Source: Eledone cirrhosa
Taxonomy: Eukaryota
Direction of reading: 5' to 3'
Assembly (NCBI GenBank): GCA_964016885.1
Contig: OZ024742.1
Coordinates: 6,262,001 to 6,326,000, forward strand
Length of the DNA: 64,000 nucleotides
The position numbers were made by a program, and so were the translations under genes. Of this stretch, positions 21,001-42,000 are shown one piece after another (the first letter of the stretch is position 1; each line of letters begins with the position of its first letter). The notes below the pieces were generated by a model. The model was not told the origin of the DNA. It was given only the letters and a program-made list of their open reading frames with translations, and made no database searches.

Positions 21001-24000
21001 ACCACACCACACCACACTATACTCCACACTACACCACACCACACCACACTATACTCCACACTTCACTACACCACACCACACCACACTATATACCACACTT
21101 CACTACACCACACCACACTATACTCCACACTACACCACACCACACCACACTATACTCCACACTACACCACACCACACCACACTATACTCCACACTTCACT
21201 ACACCACATCACACTATACTCCACACTACACCACACCACACAACACTATACTCCACACCTCACTACACCACACAACACTATACTCCACACTTCACCACAC
21301 CACACCACACTATACTCCACACTTCACTACACCACACCACACCACACTATACTCCACACTTCACTACACCACACCACACTATACTCCACACTTCACTACA
21401 CCACACCACACTATACTCCACACTACACCACACCACACCACACTATACTCCACACTTCACTACACCACACCACACTATACTCCACACTACACCACACCAC
21501 ACCACACTATACTCCACACTTCACTACACCACACCACACTATATACCACACTTCACTACACCACACTACACCACACCACACAACACCACACCACACTATA
21601 TACTACACTACACCACACCACACCACACCACACCACACCACACTATATACTACACTACACCACACCACACCACACCACACTACACCACACCACACAACAC
21701 TATACTCCACACTACACTACACCACACCACACCACACCACACCACACCACACTACACCACACCACACTACACCACACCACACCACACCACACTACACCAC
21801 ACCACACTACACCACACCACACCACACCACACTATACTACACCACACTTCACTACACCACACCACACCACACTATACTCCACACTTCACCACACCACACC
21901 ACACTATACTCCACACTACACTACACCACACCACACTATACTACACACTTCACCACACCACACCACACTATACTCCACACCACACCACACCACACTATAT
22001 ACCACACTACACCGCACCACACCACACTATATACCACACTACACCACATCACACCACACCACACTATACTCCACACTTCACTACACCACACCACACCACA
22101 CTATACTACACAACACTATACTACACACTTCACTACACCACACCACACAACACTATACTACACAACACTATACTACACACTTCACTACACCACACCACAC
22201 AACACTATACTACACAACACTATACTACACACTTCACTACACCACACCACACAACACTATACTACACAACACTATACTACACACTTCACTACACCACACC
22301 ACACAACACTATACTACACAACACTATACTACACACTTCACTACACCACACCACACAACACTATACTACACAACACTATACTACACACTTCACTACACCA
22401 CACCACACAACACTATACTACACAACACTATACTACACACTTCACTACACCACACCACACAACACTATACTACACAACACTATACTACACACTTCACTAC
22501 ACCACACCACACTATACTACACAACACTATTCTACACACTTCACTACACCACACCACACAACACTATACTACACAACACTATACTACACACTTCACTACA
22601 CCACACCACACAACACTATACTACACAACACTATACTACACACTTCACTACACCACACCACACAACACTATACTACACAACACTATACTACACACTTCAC
22701 TACACCACACCACACAACACTATACTACACAACACTATACTACACACTTCACTACACCACACCACACCACACTATACTACACAACACTATACTACACACT
22801 TCACTACACCACACCACACAACACTATACTACACAACACTATACTACACACTTCACTACACCACACCACACAACACTATACTACAGAACACTATACTACA
22901 CACTTCACTACACCACACCACACAACACTATACTACACAACACTATACTACACACTTCACTACACCACACCACACAACACTATACTACACAACACTATAC
23001 TACACACTTCACTACACCACACCACACAACACTATACTACACAACACTATACTACACACTTCACTACACCACACCACACAATACTATACAACACAACACT
23101 ATACTAAACACTTCACTGCACCACACTACACAACACTATACTACACAACACTATACTACACACTTCACTACACCACAACACACAACACTATACTACACAA
23201 CACTATACTACACACTTCACTACACCACAACACACAACACTATACTACACAACACTATACTACACACTTCACTACACCACACCACACAATACTATACAAC
23301 ACAACACTATACTACACACTTCACTACACCACACTACACAACACTATACTACATAACACTATACTACACACTTCACTACACCACAACACACAACACTATA
23401 CTACACAACACTATACTACACACTTCACTACACCACACCACACAACACTATATACTACACAACACTATACTACACACTACACTACACCACACCACACAAC
23501 ACTTTATACTACACAACACTATACTACACACTTCACTACACCACACCACACAACACTGTACTACACAACACATACTACACACTTCACTACACCACACTAC
23601 ACAACACTATACTACACAACACTATACTACACACTTCACTACACCACACCACTCAACACTGTACTACACAACACATACTACACACTTCACTACACCACAC
23701 AATACTATACAACACAACACTATACTACACACATCACTACACCCCACCACACAACACTATACTACACACTTCACTACACAACACTATACTACACACGTCA
23801 CTACACCACACTACACAACACTATATACTACACAACATTATACTACACACTTCACTACACCACACCACACCACACTATATAATACACAACACTATACTAC
23901 ACACTTCACTACACCACACCACACAACACTATATACTACACAACACTATACTACACACCTCACTACATCACACCACACCAGACAACACTATATACTACAC

Positions 24001-27000
24001 AACACTATACTACACACTTCACTACACCACACCACACAACACTATACTACACAACACTATACTACACACTTCACTACACCACACTACACAACACTATACT
24101 ACACACTTCACTACACCACAACACACAACACTATACTACACAACACTATACTACACACTTCACTACACCACACCACACAACACTATATACTACACAACAC
24201 TATACTACACACTACACTACACCACACCACACAACACTTTATACTACACAACACTATACTACACACTTCACTACACCACACAACACTATATACTACACAA
24301 CACTATACAACACACTTCACTACACCACACCACACAACACTATATACTACACAATACTATACTACACACTTCACTACACCACACAACACTGTACTACACA
24401 ACACTATACTACACACTTCACTACACCACACCACACAACACTATACTACACAACACTATACTACACACTTCACTACACCACACCACACAACACTATACTA
24501 CACAACACTATACTACACACTTCACTACACCACACCACACAATACTATACAACACAACACTATACTACACACTTCACTACACCACACTACACAACACTAT
24601 ACTACACAACACTATACTACACACTTCACTACACCACACCACACAACACTATACAACACAACACATACTACACACTTCACTACACCACACTACACAACAC
24701 TATACTACACAGCACTATACTACACACTTCACTACACCACAACACACAACACTATACTACACAACACTATACTACACACTTCACTACACCACACCACACA
24801 ACACTATATACTACACAACACTATACTACACACTACACTACACCACACCACACAACACTTTATACTACACAACACTATACTACACACTTCACTACACCAC
24901 ACAACACTATATACTACACAACACTATACTACACACATCACTACACCACACCACACAACACTATATACTACACAACACTATACTACACACTTCACTACAT
25001 CACACAACACTTTATACTACACAACACTATACTACACAACACTATACTACACACTTCACTACACCACACCACACAACACTATATACTACACAACACTATA
25101 CTACACAACACTATACTACACACTTCACTACACCACACTACACAACACTATATACTACACAACACTATACTACACACTTCACTACACCACACAACATATT
25201 ATACTAGACATCACTATACTACACACTTCACTACACAACACTATACTACACACGTCACTACACCACACTACACAACACTATATACTACACAACATTATAC
25301 TACACACTTCACTACACCACACCACACCACACTATATAATACACAACACTATACTACACACTTCACTACACCACACCACACAACACTATATACTACACAA
25401 TACTATACTACACACTTCACTACACCACACAACACTGTACTACACAACACTATACTACACACTTCACTACACCACACCACACAACACTATACTACACAAC
25501 ACTATACTACACACTTCACTACACCACACCACACAACACTATACTACACAACACTATACTACACACTTCACTACACCACACCACACAATACTATACAACA
25601 CAACACTATACTACACACTTCACTACACCACACTACACAACACTATACTACACAACACTATACTACACACTTCACTACACCACAACACACAACACTATAC
25701 TACACAACACTATACTACACACTTCACTACACCACACCACACAACACTATACTACACAACACTATACTACACACTTCACTACACCACACCACACAACACT
25801 ATACAACACAACACATACTACACACTTCACTACACCACACTACACAACACTATACTACACAGCACTATACTACACACTTCACTACACCACAACACACAAC
25901 ACTATACTACACAACACTATACTACACACTTCACTACACCACACCACACAACACTATATACTACACAACACTATACTACACACTACACTACACCACACCA
26001 CACAACACTTTATACTACACAACACTATACTACACACTTCACTACACCACACAACACTATATACTACACAACACTATACTACACACATCACTACACCACA
26101 CCACACAACACTATATACTACACAACACTATACTACACACTTCACTACATCACACAACACTTTATACTACACAACACTATACTACACAACACTATACTAC
26201 ACACTTCACTACACCACACCACACAACACTATATACTACACAACACTATACTACACACTTCACTACACCACACTACACAACACTATATACTACACAACAC
26301 TATACTACACACTTCACTACACCACACAACATATTATACTAGACATCACTATACTACACACTTCACTACACAACACTATACTACACACGTCACTACACCA
26401 CACTACACAACACTATATACTACACAACATTATACTACACACTTCACTACACCACACCACACCACACTATATAATACACAACACTATACTACACACTTCA
26501 CTACACCACACCACACAACACTATATACTACACAACACTATACTACACACCTCACTACATCACACCACACCAGACAACACTATATACTACACAACACTAT
26601 ACTACACACTTCACTACACCACACCACACAACACTATACTACAAAACACTATACTACACACTTCACTACACCACACTACACAACACTATACTACACACTT
26701 CACTACACCACAACACACAACACTATACTACACAACACTATACTACACACTTCACTACACCACACCACACAACACTATATACTACACAACACTATACTAC
26801 ACACTACACTACACCACACAACACAACACTTTATACTACACAACACTATACTACACACTTCACTACACCACACAACACTATATACTACACAACACTATAC
26901 AACACACTTCACTACACCACACCACACAACACTATATACTACACAATACTATACTACACACTTCACTACACCACACAACACTGTACTACACAACACTATA

Positions 27001-30000
27001 CTAGACACTTCACTACACCACACCACACAACACTATACTACACAACACTATACTACACACTTCACTACACCACACCACACAATACTATACAACACAACAC
27101 TATACTACGCACTTCACTACACCACACTACACAACACTATACTACACAGCACTATACTACACACTTCACTACACCACAACACACAACACTATACTACACA
27201 ACACTATACTACACACTTCACTACACCACACCACACAACACTATATACTACACAACACTATACTACACACTACACTACACCACACCACACAACACTTTAT
27301 ACTACACAACACTATACTACACACTTCACTACACCACACAACACTATATACTACACAACACTATGCAACACCCTTCACTACACCACACCACACAACACTA
27401 TATACTACACTTCACTACACCACACAACACTTTATACTACACAACACTTTATACTACACAACACTATACTACACAACACTATACTACACACTTCACTACA
27501 CCACAACACACAACACTATACTACACACTTCACCACACCACACCACACTATACTCCACACTACACTACACCACACCACACTATACTACACACTTCACCAC
27601 ACCACACCACACCACACCACACTATATACCACACTACACCACACCACACCACACTATATACCACACTACACCACACCACACCACACCACACTATACTCCA
27701 CACTTCACTACACCACACCACACCACACTATACTACACAACACTATACTACACACTTCACTACACCACACCACACAACACTATACTACACAAAACTATAC
27801 TACACACTTCACTACACCACACCACACAACACTATACTACACAACACTATACTACACACTTCACTACACCACACCACACAACACTATACTACACAACACT
27901 ATACTACACACTTCACTACACCACACCACACAACACTATACTACACAACACTATACTACACACTTCACTACACCACACCACACAACACTATACTACACAA
28001 CACTATCCTACACACTTCACTACACCACACCACACAACACTATACTACACAACACTATACTACACATTTCGCTACACCACACCACACAACACTATACTAC
28101 ACAACACTATACTACACACTTCACTACACCACACCACACTATACTACACAACACTATTCTACACACTTCACTACACCACACCACACAACACTATACTACA
28201 CAACACTATACTACACACTTCACTACACCACACCACACAACACTATACTACACAACACTATACTACACACTTCACTACACCACACCACACAACACTATAC
28301 TACACAACACTATACTACACACTTCACTACACCACACCACACAACACTATACTACACAACACTATACTACACACTTCACTACACCACACCACACCACACT
28401 ATACTACACAACACTATACTACACACTTCACTACACCACACCACACAACACTATACTACACAACACTATACTACACACTTCACTACACCACACCACACAA
28501 CACTATACTACACAACACTATACTACACACTTCACTACACCACACCACACAACACTATACTACACAACACTATACTACACACTTCACTACACCACACCAC
28601 ACAACACTATACTACACAACACTATACTACACACTTCACTACACCACACCACACAACACTATACTACACAACACTATACTACACACTTCACTACACCACA
28701 CCACACAATACTATACAACACAACACTATACTAAACACTTCACTGCACCACACTACACAACACTATACTACACAACACTATACTACACACTTCACTACAC
28801 CACAACACACAACACTATACTACACAACACTATACTACACACTTCACTACACCACAACACACAACACTATACTACACAACACTATACTACACACTTCACT
28901 ACACCACACCACACAATACTATACAACACAACACTATACTACACACTTCACTACACCACACTACACAACACTATACTACATAACACTATACTACACACTT
29001 CACTACACCACAACACACAACACTATACTACACAACACTATACTACACACTTCACTACACCACACCACACAACACTATATACTACACAACACTATACTAC
29101 ACACTACACTACACCACACCACACAACACTTTATACTACACAACACTATACTACACACTTCACTACACCACACAACACTATATACTACACAACACTATAC
29201 AACACACTTCACTACACCACACCACACAACACTATATACTACACTTCACTCCACCACACAACACTTTATACTACACAACGCTTTATACTACACAACACTA
29301 TACTACACAACACTATACTACACACTTCACTACACCACAACACACAACACTATACTACACAACACTATACTACACACTTCACTACACCACACCACACAAC
29401 ACTGTACTACACAACACATACTACACACTTCACTACACCACACTACACAACACTATACTACACAACACTATACTACACACTTCACTACACCACACCACAC
29501 AACACTGTACTACACAACACATACTACACACTTCACTACACCACACAATACTATACAACACAACACTATACTACACACTTCACTACACCCCACCACACAA
29601 CACTATACTACACAACACTATACTACACACTACACTACACCACACCACACTACACTATATACTACACAACACTATACTACACACATCACTACACCACACC
29701 ACACAACACTATATACTACACAACACTATACTACACACTTCACTACATCACACAACACTTTATACTACACAACACTATACTACACAACACTATACTACAC
29801 ACTTCACTACACCACACCACACAACACTATATACTACACAACACTATACTACACACTTCACTACACCACACTACACAACACTATATACTACACAACACTA
29901 TACTACACACTTCACTACACCACACAACATATTATACTAGACATCACTATACTACACACTTCACTACACAACACTATACTACACACGTCACTACACCACA

Positions 30001-33000
30001 CTACACAACACTATATACTACACAACATTATACTACACACTTCACTACACCACACCACACCACACTATATAATACACAACACTATACTACACACTTCACT
30101 ACACCACACCACACAACACTATATACTACACAACACTATACTACACACCTCACTACATCACACCACACCAGACAACACTATATACTACACAACACTATAC
30201 TACACACTTCACTACACCACACCACACAACACTATACTACACAACACTATACTACACACTTCACTACACCACACTACACAACACTATACTACACACTTCA
30301 CTACACCACAACACACAACACTATACTACACAACACTATACTACACACTTCACTACACCACACCACACAACACTATATACTACACAACACTATACTACAC
30401 ACTACACTACACCACACCACACAACACTTTATACTACACAACACTATACTACACACTTCACTACACCACACAACACTATATACTACACAACACTATACAA
30501 CACACTTCACTACACCACACCACACAACACTATATACTACACAATACTATACTACACACTTCACTACACCACACAACACTGTACTACACAACACTATACT
30601 ACACACTTCACTACACCACACCACACAACACTATACTACACAACACTATACTACACACTTCACTACACCACACCACACAACACTATACTACACAACACTA
30701 TACTACACACTTCACTACACCACACCACACAATACTATACAACACAACACTATACTACACACTTCACTACACCACACTACACAACACTATACTACACAAC
30801 ACTATACTACACACTTCACTACACCACACCACACAACACTATACAACACAACACATACTACACACTTCACTACACCACACTACACAACACTATACTACAC
30901 AGCACTATACTACACACTTCACTACACCACAACACACAACACTATACTACACAACACTATACTACACACTTCACTACACCACACCACACAACACTATATA
31001 CTACACAACACTATACTACACACTACACTACACCACACCACACAACACTTTATACTACACAACACTATACTACACACTTCACTACACCACACAACACTAT
31101 ATACTACACAACACTATACTACACACATCACTACACCACACCACACAACACTATATACTACACAACACTATACTACACACTTCACTACATCACACAACAC
31201 TTTATACTACACAACACTATACTACACAACACTATACTACACACTTCACTACACCACACCACACAACACTATATACTACACAACACTATACTACACAACA
31301 CTATACTACACACTTCACTACACCACACTACACAACACTATATACTACACAACACTATACTACACACTTCACTACACCACACAACATATTATACTAGACA
31401 TCACTATACTACACACTTCACTACACAACACTATACTACACACGTCACTACACCACACTACACAACACTATATACTACACAACATTATACTACACACTTC
31501 ACTACACCACACCACACCACACTATATAATACACAACACTATACTACACACTTCACTACACCACACCACACAACACTATATACTACACAATACTATACTA
31601 CACACTTCACTACACCACACAACACTGTACTACACAACACTATACTACACACTTCACTACACCACACCACACAACACTATACTACAAAACACTATACTAC
31701 ACACTTCACTACACCACACCACACAACACTATACTACACAACACTATACTACACACTTCACTACACCACACCACACAATACTATACAACACAACACTATA
31801 CTACACACTTCACTACACCACACTACACAACACTATACTACACAACACTATACTACACACTTCACTACACCACAACACACAGCACTATACTACACAACAC
31901 TATACTACACACTTCACTACACCACACCACACAACACTATACTACACAACACTATACTACACACTTCACTACACCACACCACACAACACTATACAACACA
32001 ACACATACTACACACTTCACTACACCACACTACACAACACTATACTACACAGCACTATACTACACACTTCACTACACCACAACACACAACACTATACTAC
32101 ACAACACTATACTACACACTTCACTACACCACACCACACAACACTATATACTACACAACACTATACTACACACTACACTACACCACACAACACTTTATAC
32201 TACACAACACTATACTACACACTTCACTACACCACACAACACTATATACTACACAACACTATACTACACACATCACTACACCACACCACACAACACTATA
32301 TACTACACAACACTATACTACACACTTCACTACATCACACAACACTTTATACTACACAACACTATACTACACAACACTATACTACACACTTCACTACACC
32401 ACACCACACAACACTATATACTACACAACACTATACTACACACTTCACTACACCACACTACACAACACTATATACTACACAACACTATACTACACACTTC
32501 ACTACACCACACAACATATTATACTAGACATCACTATACTACACACTTCACTACACAACACTATACTACACACGTCACTACACCACACTACACAACACTA
32601 TATACTACACAACATTATACTACACACTTCACTACACCACACCACACCACACTATATAATACACAACACTATACTACACACTTCACTACACCACACCACA
32701 CAACACTATACTACACAACACTATACTACACACTTCACTACACCACACTACACAACACTATACTACACACTTCACTACACCTCAACACACAACACTATAC
32801 TACACAACACTATACTACACACTTCACTACACCACACCACACAACACTATATACTACACAACACTATACTACACACTACACTACACCACACCACACAACA
32901 CTTTATACTACACAACACTATACTACACACTTCACTACACCACACAACACTATATACTACACAACACTATACAACACACTTCACTACACCACACCACACA

Positions 33001-36000
33001 ACACTATATACTACACAATACTATACTACACACTTCACTACACCACACAACACTGTACTACACAACACTATACTAGATACTTCACTACACCACACCACAC
33101 AACACTATACTACACAACACTATACTACACACTACACCACACCACACAATACTATACAACACAACACTATACTACACACTTCACTACACCACACTACACA
33201 ACACTATACTACACAGCACTATACTACACACTTCACTACACCACAACACACAACACTATACTACACAACAGTATACTACACACTTCACTACACCACACCA
33301 CACAACACTATATACTACACAACACTATACTACACACTACACTACACCACACCACACAACACTTTATACTACACAACACTATACTACACACTTCACTACA
33401 CCACACAACACTATATACTACACAACACTATACAACACACTTCACTACACCACACCACACAACACTATATACTACACTTCACTACACCACACAACACTTT
33501 ATACTACACAACACTTTATACTACACAACACTATACTACACAACACTATACTACACACTTCACTACACCACAACACACAACACTATACTACACACTTCAC
33601 TACACCACACCACACAACACTGTACTACACAACGCATACTACACACTTCACTACACCACACCACACAACACTATACTACACAACACTATACTACACACTT
33701 CACTACACCACACCACACAACACTGTACTACACAACACATACTACACACTTCACTACACCACACAATACTATACAGCACAACACTATACTACACACTTCA
33801 CTACACCCCACCACACAACACTATACTACACAACACTATACTACACACTACACTACACCACACCACACTACACTATATACTACACAACACTATACTACAC
33901 ACATCACTACACCACACCACACAACACTATATACTACACAACACTATACTACACACTTCACTACATCACACAACACTTTATACTACACAACACTATACTA
34001 CACAACACTATACTACACACTTCACTACACCACACCACACAACATTATATACTACACAACACTATACTACACACTTCACTACACCACACCACACAACACT
34101 ATATACTACACAACACTATACTACACACTTCACTACACCACACAACATATTATACTAGACATCACTATACTACACACTTCACTACACAACACTATACTAC
34201 ACACGTCACTACACCACACTACACAACACTATATACTACACAACATTATACTACACACTTCACTACACCACACCACACCACACTATATACTACACAACAC
34301 TATACTACACACTTCACTACACCACACCACACAACACTATATACTACACAACACTATACTACACACCTCACTACATCACACCACACCAGACAACACTATA
34401 TACTACACAACACTATACTACACACTTCACTACACCACACCACACAACACTATACTACACACTTCACTACACCACACCACACAACACTGTACTACACAAC
34501 ACATACTACACACTTCACTACACCACACCACACAACACTATACTACACAACACTATACTACACACTTCACTACACCACACCACACAACACTGTACTACAC
34601 AACACATACTACACACTTCACTACACCACACAATACTATACATCACAACACTATACTACACACTTCACTACACCCCACCACACAACACTATACTACACAA
34701 CACTATACTACACACTTCACTACACCACAACACACAACACTATACTACACAACACTATACTAAACACTTCACTACACCACACCACACAACACTATACTAC
34801 ACAACACTATACTACACACTTCACTACACCACACCACACAACACTATACAACACAACACATACTACACACTTCACTACACCACACTACACAACACTATAC
34901 TACACAGACCTATACTACACACTTCACTACACCACAACACACAACACTATACTACACAACGCTATACTACACACTTCACTACACCACACCACACAACACT
35001 ATATACTACACAACACTATACTACACACTACACTACACCACACCACACAACACTTTATACTACACAACACTATACTACACACTTCACTACACCACACAAC
35101 ACTATATACTACACAACACTATACTACACACATCACTACACCACACCACACAACACTATATACTACACAACACTATACTACACACTTCACTACATCACAC
35201 AACACTTTATACTACACAACACTATACTACACAACACTATACTACACACTTCACTACACCACACCACACAACACTATATACTACACAACACTATACTACA
35301 CAACACTATACTACACACTTCACTACACCACACTACACAACACTATATACTACACAACACTATACTACTCACTTCACTACACCACACAACATATTATACT
35401 AGACATCACTATACTACACACTTCACTACACAACACTATACTACACACGTCACTACATCACACTACACAACACTATATACTACACAACATTATACTACAC
35501 ACTTCACTACACCACACCACACCACACTATATAATACACAACACTATACTACACACTTCACTACACCACACCACACAACACTATATACTACACAATACTA
35601 TACTACACACTTCACTACACCACACAACACTGTACTACACAACACTATACTACACACTTCACTACACCACACCACACAACACTATACTACACAACACTAT
35701 ACTACACACTTCACTACACCACACCACACAACACTATACTACACAACACTATACTACACACTTCACTACACCACACCACACAATACTATACAACACAACA
35801 CTATACTACACACTTCACTACACCACACTACACAACACTATACTACACAACACTATACTACACACTTCACTACACCACAACACACAACACTATACTACAC
35901 AACACTATACTACACACTTCACTACACCACACCACACAACACTATACTACACAACACTATACTACACACTTCACTACACCACACCACACAACACTATACA

Positions 36001-39000
36001 ACACAACACATACTACACACTTCACTACACCACACTACACAACACTATACTACACAGCACTATACTACACACTTCACTACACCACAACACACAACACTAT
36101 ACTACACAACACTATACTACACACTTCACTACACCACACCACACAACACTATATACTACACAACACTATACTACACACTACACTACACCACACCACACAA
36201 CACTTTATACTACACAACACTATACTACACACTTCACTACACCACACAACACTATATACTACACAACACTATACTACACACATCACTACACCACACCACA
36301 CAACACTATATACTACACAACACTATACTACACACTTCACTACATCACACAACACTTTATACTACACAACACTATACTACACAACACTATACTACACACT
36401 TCACCACACCACACCACACAACACTATATACTACACAATACTATACTACACACTTCACTACACCACACTACACAACACTATATACTACACAACACTATAC
36501 TACACACTTCACTACACCACACAACATATTATACTAGACATCACTATACTACACACTTCACTACACAACACTATACTACACACGTCACTACACCACACTA
36601 CACAACACTATATACTACACAACATTATACTACACACTTCACTACACCACACCACACCACACTATATAATACACAACACTATACTACACACTTCACTACA
36701 CCACACCACACAACACTATATACTACACAACACTATACTACACACCTCACTACATCACACCACACCAGACAACACTATATACTACACAACACTATACTAC
36801 ACACTTCACTACACCACACCACACAACACTATACTACACAACACTATACTACACACTTCACTACACCACACTACACAACACTATACTACACACTTCACTA
36901 CACCACAACACACAACACTATACTACACAACACTATACTACACACTTCACTACACCACACCACACAACACTATATACTACACAACACTATACTACACACT
37001 ACACTACACCACACCACACAACACTTTATACTACACAACACTATACTACACACTTCACTACACCACACAACACTATATACTACACAACACTATACAACAC
37101 ACTTCACTACACCACACCACACAACACTATATACTACACAATACTATACTACACACTTCACTACACCACACAACACTGTACTACACAACACTATACTACA
37201 CACTTCACTACACCACACCACACAACACTATACTACACAACACTATACTACACACTTCACTACACCACACCACACAACACTATACTACACAACACTATAC
37301 TACACACTTCACTACACCACACCACACAATACTATACAACACAACACTATACTACACACTTCACTACACCACACTACACAACACTATACTACACAACACT
37401 ATACTACACACTTCACTACACCACAACACACAACACTATACTACACAACACTATACTACACACTTCACTACACCACACCACACAACACTATACTACACAA
37501 CACTATACTACACACTTCACTACACCACACCACACAATACTATACAACACAACACTATACTACACACTTCACTACACCACACTACACAACACTATACTAC
37601 ACAGCACTATACTACACACTTCACTACACCACAACACACAACACTATACTACACAACACTATACTACACACTTCACTACACCACACCACACAACACTATA
37701 TACTACACAACACTATACTACACACTACACTACACCACACCACACAACACTTTATACTACACAACACTATACTACACACTTCACTACACCACACAACACT
37801 ATATACTACACAACACTATACAACACACTTCACTACACCACACCACACAACACTATATACTACACTTCACTACACCACACAACACTTTATACTACACAAC
37901 ACTTTATACTACACAACACTATACTACACAACACTATACTACACACTTCACTACACCACAACACACAACACTATACTACACACTTCACTACACCACACCA
38001 CACAACACTGTACTACACAACACATACTACACACTTCACTACACCACACCACACAACACTATACTACACAACACTATACTACACACTTCACTACACCACA
38101 CCACACAACACTGTACTACACAACACATACTACACACTTCACTACACCACACAATACTATACAGCACAACACTATACTACACACTTCACTACACCCCACC
38201 ACACAACACTATACTACACAACACTATACTACACACTACACTACACCACACCACACTACACTATATACTACACAACACTATACTACACACATCACTACAC
38301 CACACCACACAACACTATATACTACACAACACTATACTACACACTTCACTACATCACACAACACTTTATACTACACAACACTATACTACACAACACTATA
38401 CTACACACTTCACTACACCACACCACACAACACTATATACTACACAACACTATACTACACACTTCACTACACCACACCACACAACACTATATACTACACA
38501 ACACTATACTACACACTTCACTACACCACACAACATATTATACTAGACATCACTATACTACACACTTCACTACACAACACTATACTACACACGTCACTAC
38601 ACCACACTACACAACACTATATACTACACAACATTATACTACACACTTCACTACACCACACCACACCACACTATATACTACACAACACTATACTACACAC
38701 TTCACTACACCACACCACACAACACTATATACTACACAACACTATACTACACACCTCACTACATCACACCACACCAGACAACACTATATACTACACAACA
38801 CTATACTACACACTTCACTACACCACACCACACAACACTATACTACACAACACTATACTACACACTTCACTACACCACACCACACAACACTATACTACAC
38901 AACACTATACTACACACTTCACTACACCACACCACACAATACTATACAACACAACACTATACTACACACTTCACTACACCACACTACACAACACTATACT

Positions 39001-42000
39001 ACACAGCACTATACTACACACTTCACTACACCACAACACACAACACTATACTACACAACACTATACTACACACTTCACTACACCACACCACACAACACTA
39101 TATACTACACAACACTATACTACACACTACACTACACCACACCACACAACACTTTATACTACACAACACTATACTACACACTTCACTACACCACACAACA
39201 CTATATACTACACAACACTATACAACACACTTCACTACACCACACCACACAACACTATATACTACACTTCACTACACCACACAACACTTTATACTACACA
39301 ACACTTTATACTACACAACACTATACTACACAACACTATACTACACACTTCACTACACCACAACACACAACACTATACTACACACTTCACTACACCACAC
39401 CACACAACACTGTACTACACAACACATACTACACACTTCACTACACCACACCACACAACACTATACTACACAACACTATACTACACACTTCACTACACCA
39501 CACCACACAACACTGTACTACACAACACATACTACACACTTCACTACACCACACAATACTATACAGCACAACACTATACTACACACTTCACTACACCCCA
39601 CCACACAACACTATACTACACAACACTATACTACACACTACACTACACCACACCACACTACACTATATACTACACAACACTATACTACACACATCACTAC
39701 ACCACACCACACAACACTATATACTACACAACACTATACTACACACTTCACTACATCACACAACACTTTATACTACACAACACTATACTACACAACACTA
39801 TACTACACACTTCACTACACCACACCACACAACACTATATACTACACAACACTATACTACACACTTCACTACACCACACCACACAACACTATATACTACA
39901 CAACACTATACTACACACTTCACTACACCACACAACATATTATACTAGACATCACTATACTACACACTTCACTACACAACACTATACTACACACGTCACT
40001 ACACCACACTACACAACACTATATACTACACAACATTATACTACACACTTCACTACACCACACCACACCACACTATATACTACACAACACTATACTACAC
40101 ACTTCACTACACCACACCACACAACACTATATACTACACAACACTATACTACACACCTCACTACATCACACCACACCAGACAACACTATATACTACACAA
40201 CACTATACTACACACTTCACTACACCACACCACACAACACTATACTACACAACACTATACTACACACTTCACTACACCACACCACACAACACTGTACTAC
40301 ACAACACATACTACACACTTCACTACACCACACCACACAACACTATACTACACAACACTATACTACACACTTCACTACACCACACCACACAACACAACAC
40401 ATACTACACACTTCACTACACCACACAATACTATACATCACAACACTATACTACACACTTCACTACACCCCACCACACAACACTATACTACACAACACTA
40501 TACTACACACTTCACTACACCACAACACACAACACTATACTACACAACACTATACTAAACACTTCACTACACCACACCACACAAGACTGTACTACACAAC
40601 ACATACTACACACTTCACTACACCACACAATACTATACAACACAACACTATACTACACACTTCACTACACCCCACCACACAGCACTATACTACACAACAC
40701 TATACTACACACTACACTACACCACACCACACTACACTATATACTACACAACACTATACTACACACTTCACTACATCACACAACACTTTATACTACACAC
40801 CACTATACTACACAACACTATACTACACACTTCACTACACCACACCACACAACACTATACACTACACAACACTATACAACACACTTCACTACACCACACC
40901 ACACAACACTATATACTTCACAACACTATACTACACACTTCACTACACCACACCACACAACACTATATACTACACAACACTATACTACACACTTCACTAC
41001 ACCACACTACACAACACTATATACTACACAATATTATACTACACACTTCACCACACCACACCATATACTACACAACAGTATACTACACACTTCACTACAC
41101 CACACCACACAACACTATATACTACACAACACTATACTACACACCTCACTACACCACACCAGACAACACTACATACTACACAACACTATACTACACACTT
41201 CACTACACCACACCACACAACACTATATACTACACAACACTATACTACACACTTCACTACACCACACAACACTGTACTACACAACACTATACTACACACT
41301 TCACTACACCACACCACACAACACTATACTACACAACACTATACTACACACTTCAGTACACCACACCACACAACACTATACTACACAACACTATACTACA
41401 CACTTCACTACACCACACCACACAATACTATACAACACAACACTATACTACACACTTCACTACACCACACTACACAACACTATACTACACAACACTATAC
41501 TACACACTTCACTACACCACAACACACAATACTATACAACACAACACTATACTACACACTTCACTACACCACACTACACAACACTATACTACACAACACT
41601 ATACTACACACTTCACTACACCACACAACACTCTATACTACACAACACTATACTACACACTACACTACACCACACCACACAACACTTTATACTACACAAA
41701 ACTATACTACACACTTCACTACACCACACAACACTATATACTACACAACACTATACAACACACTTCACTACACCACACCACACAACACTATATACTACAC
41801 AATACTATACTACACACTTCACTACACCACACAACACTGTACTACACAACACTATACTACACACTTCACTACACCACACCACACAACACTATATACTACA
41901 CAACACTATACTACACACTTCACTACACCACACCACACAACAGTATATACTACAAAAAACTATATTACACACTTCACTACACCACACAACACTATATACT

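Noticed and set aside
1360-31397. Giant His/Thr-rich ORFs (up to 3154 aa) and the VWCGVV ORFs on the minus strand
   Set aside because: The G-free satellite cannot easily form TAG/TGA and rarely forms TAA, so all frames stay open. The same peptide cycles through frames and the ATGs are point variants.
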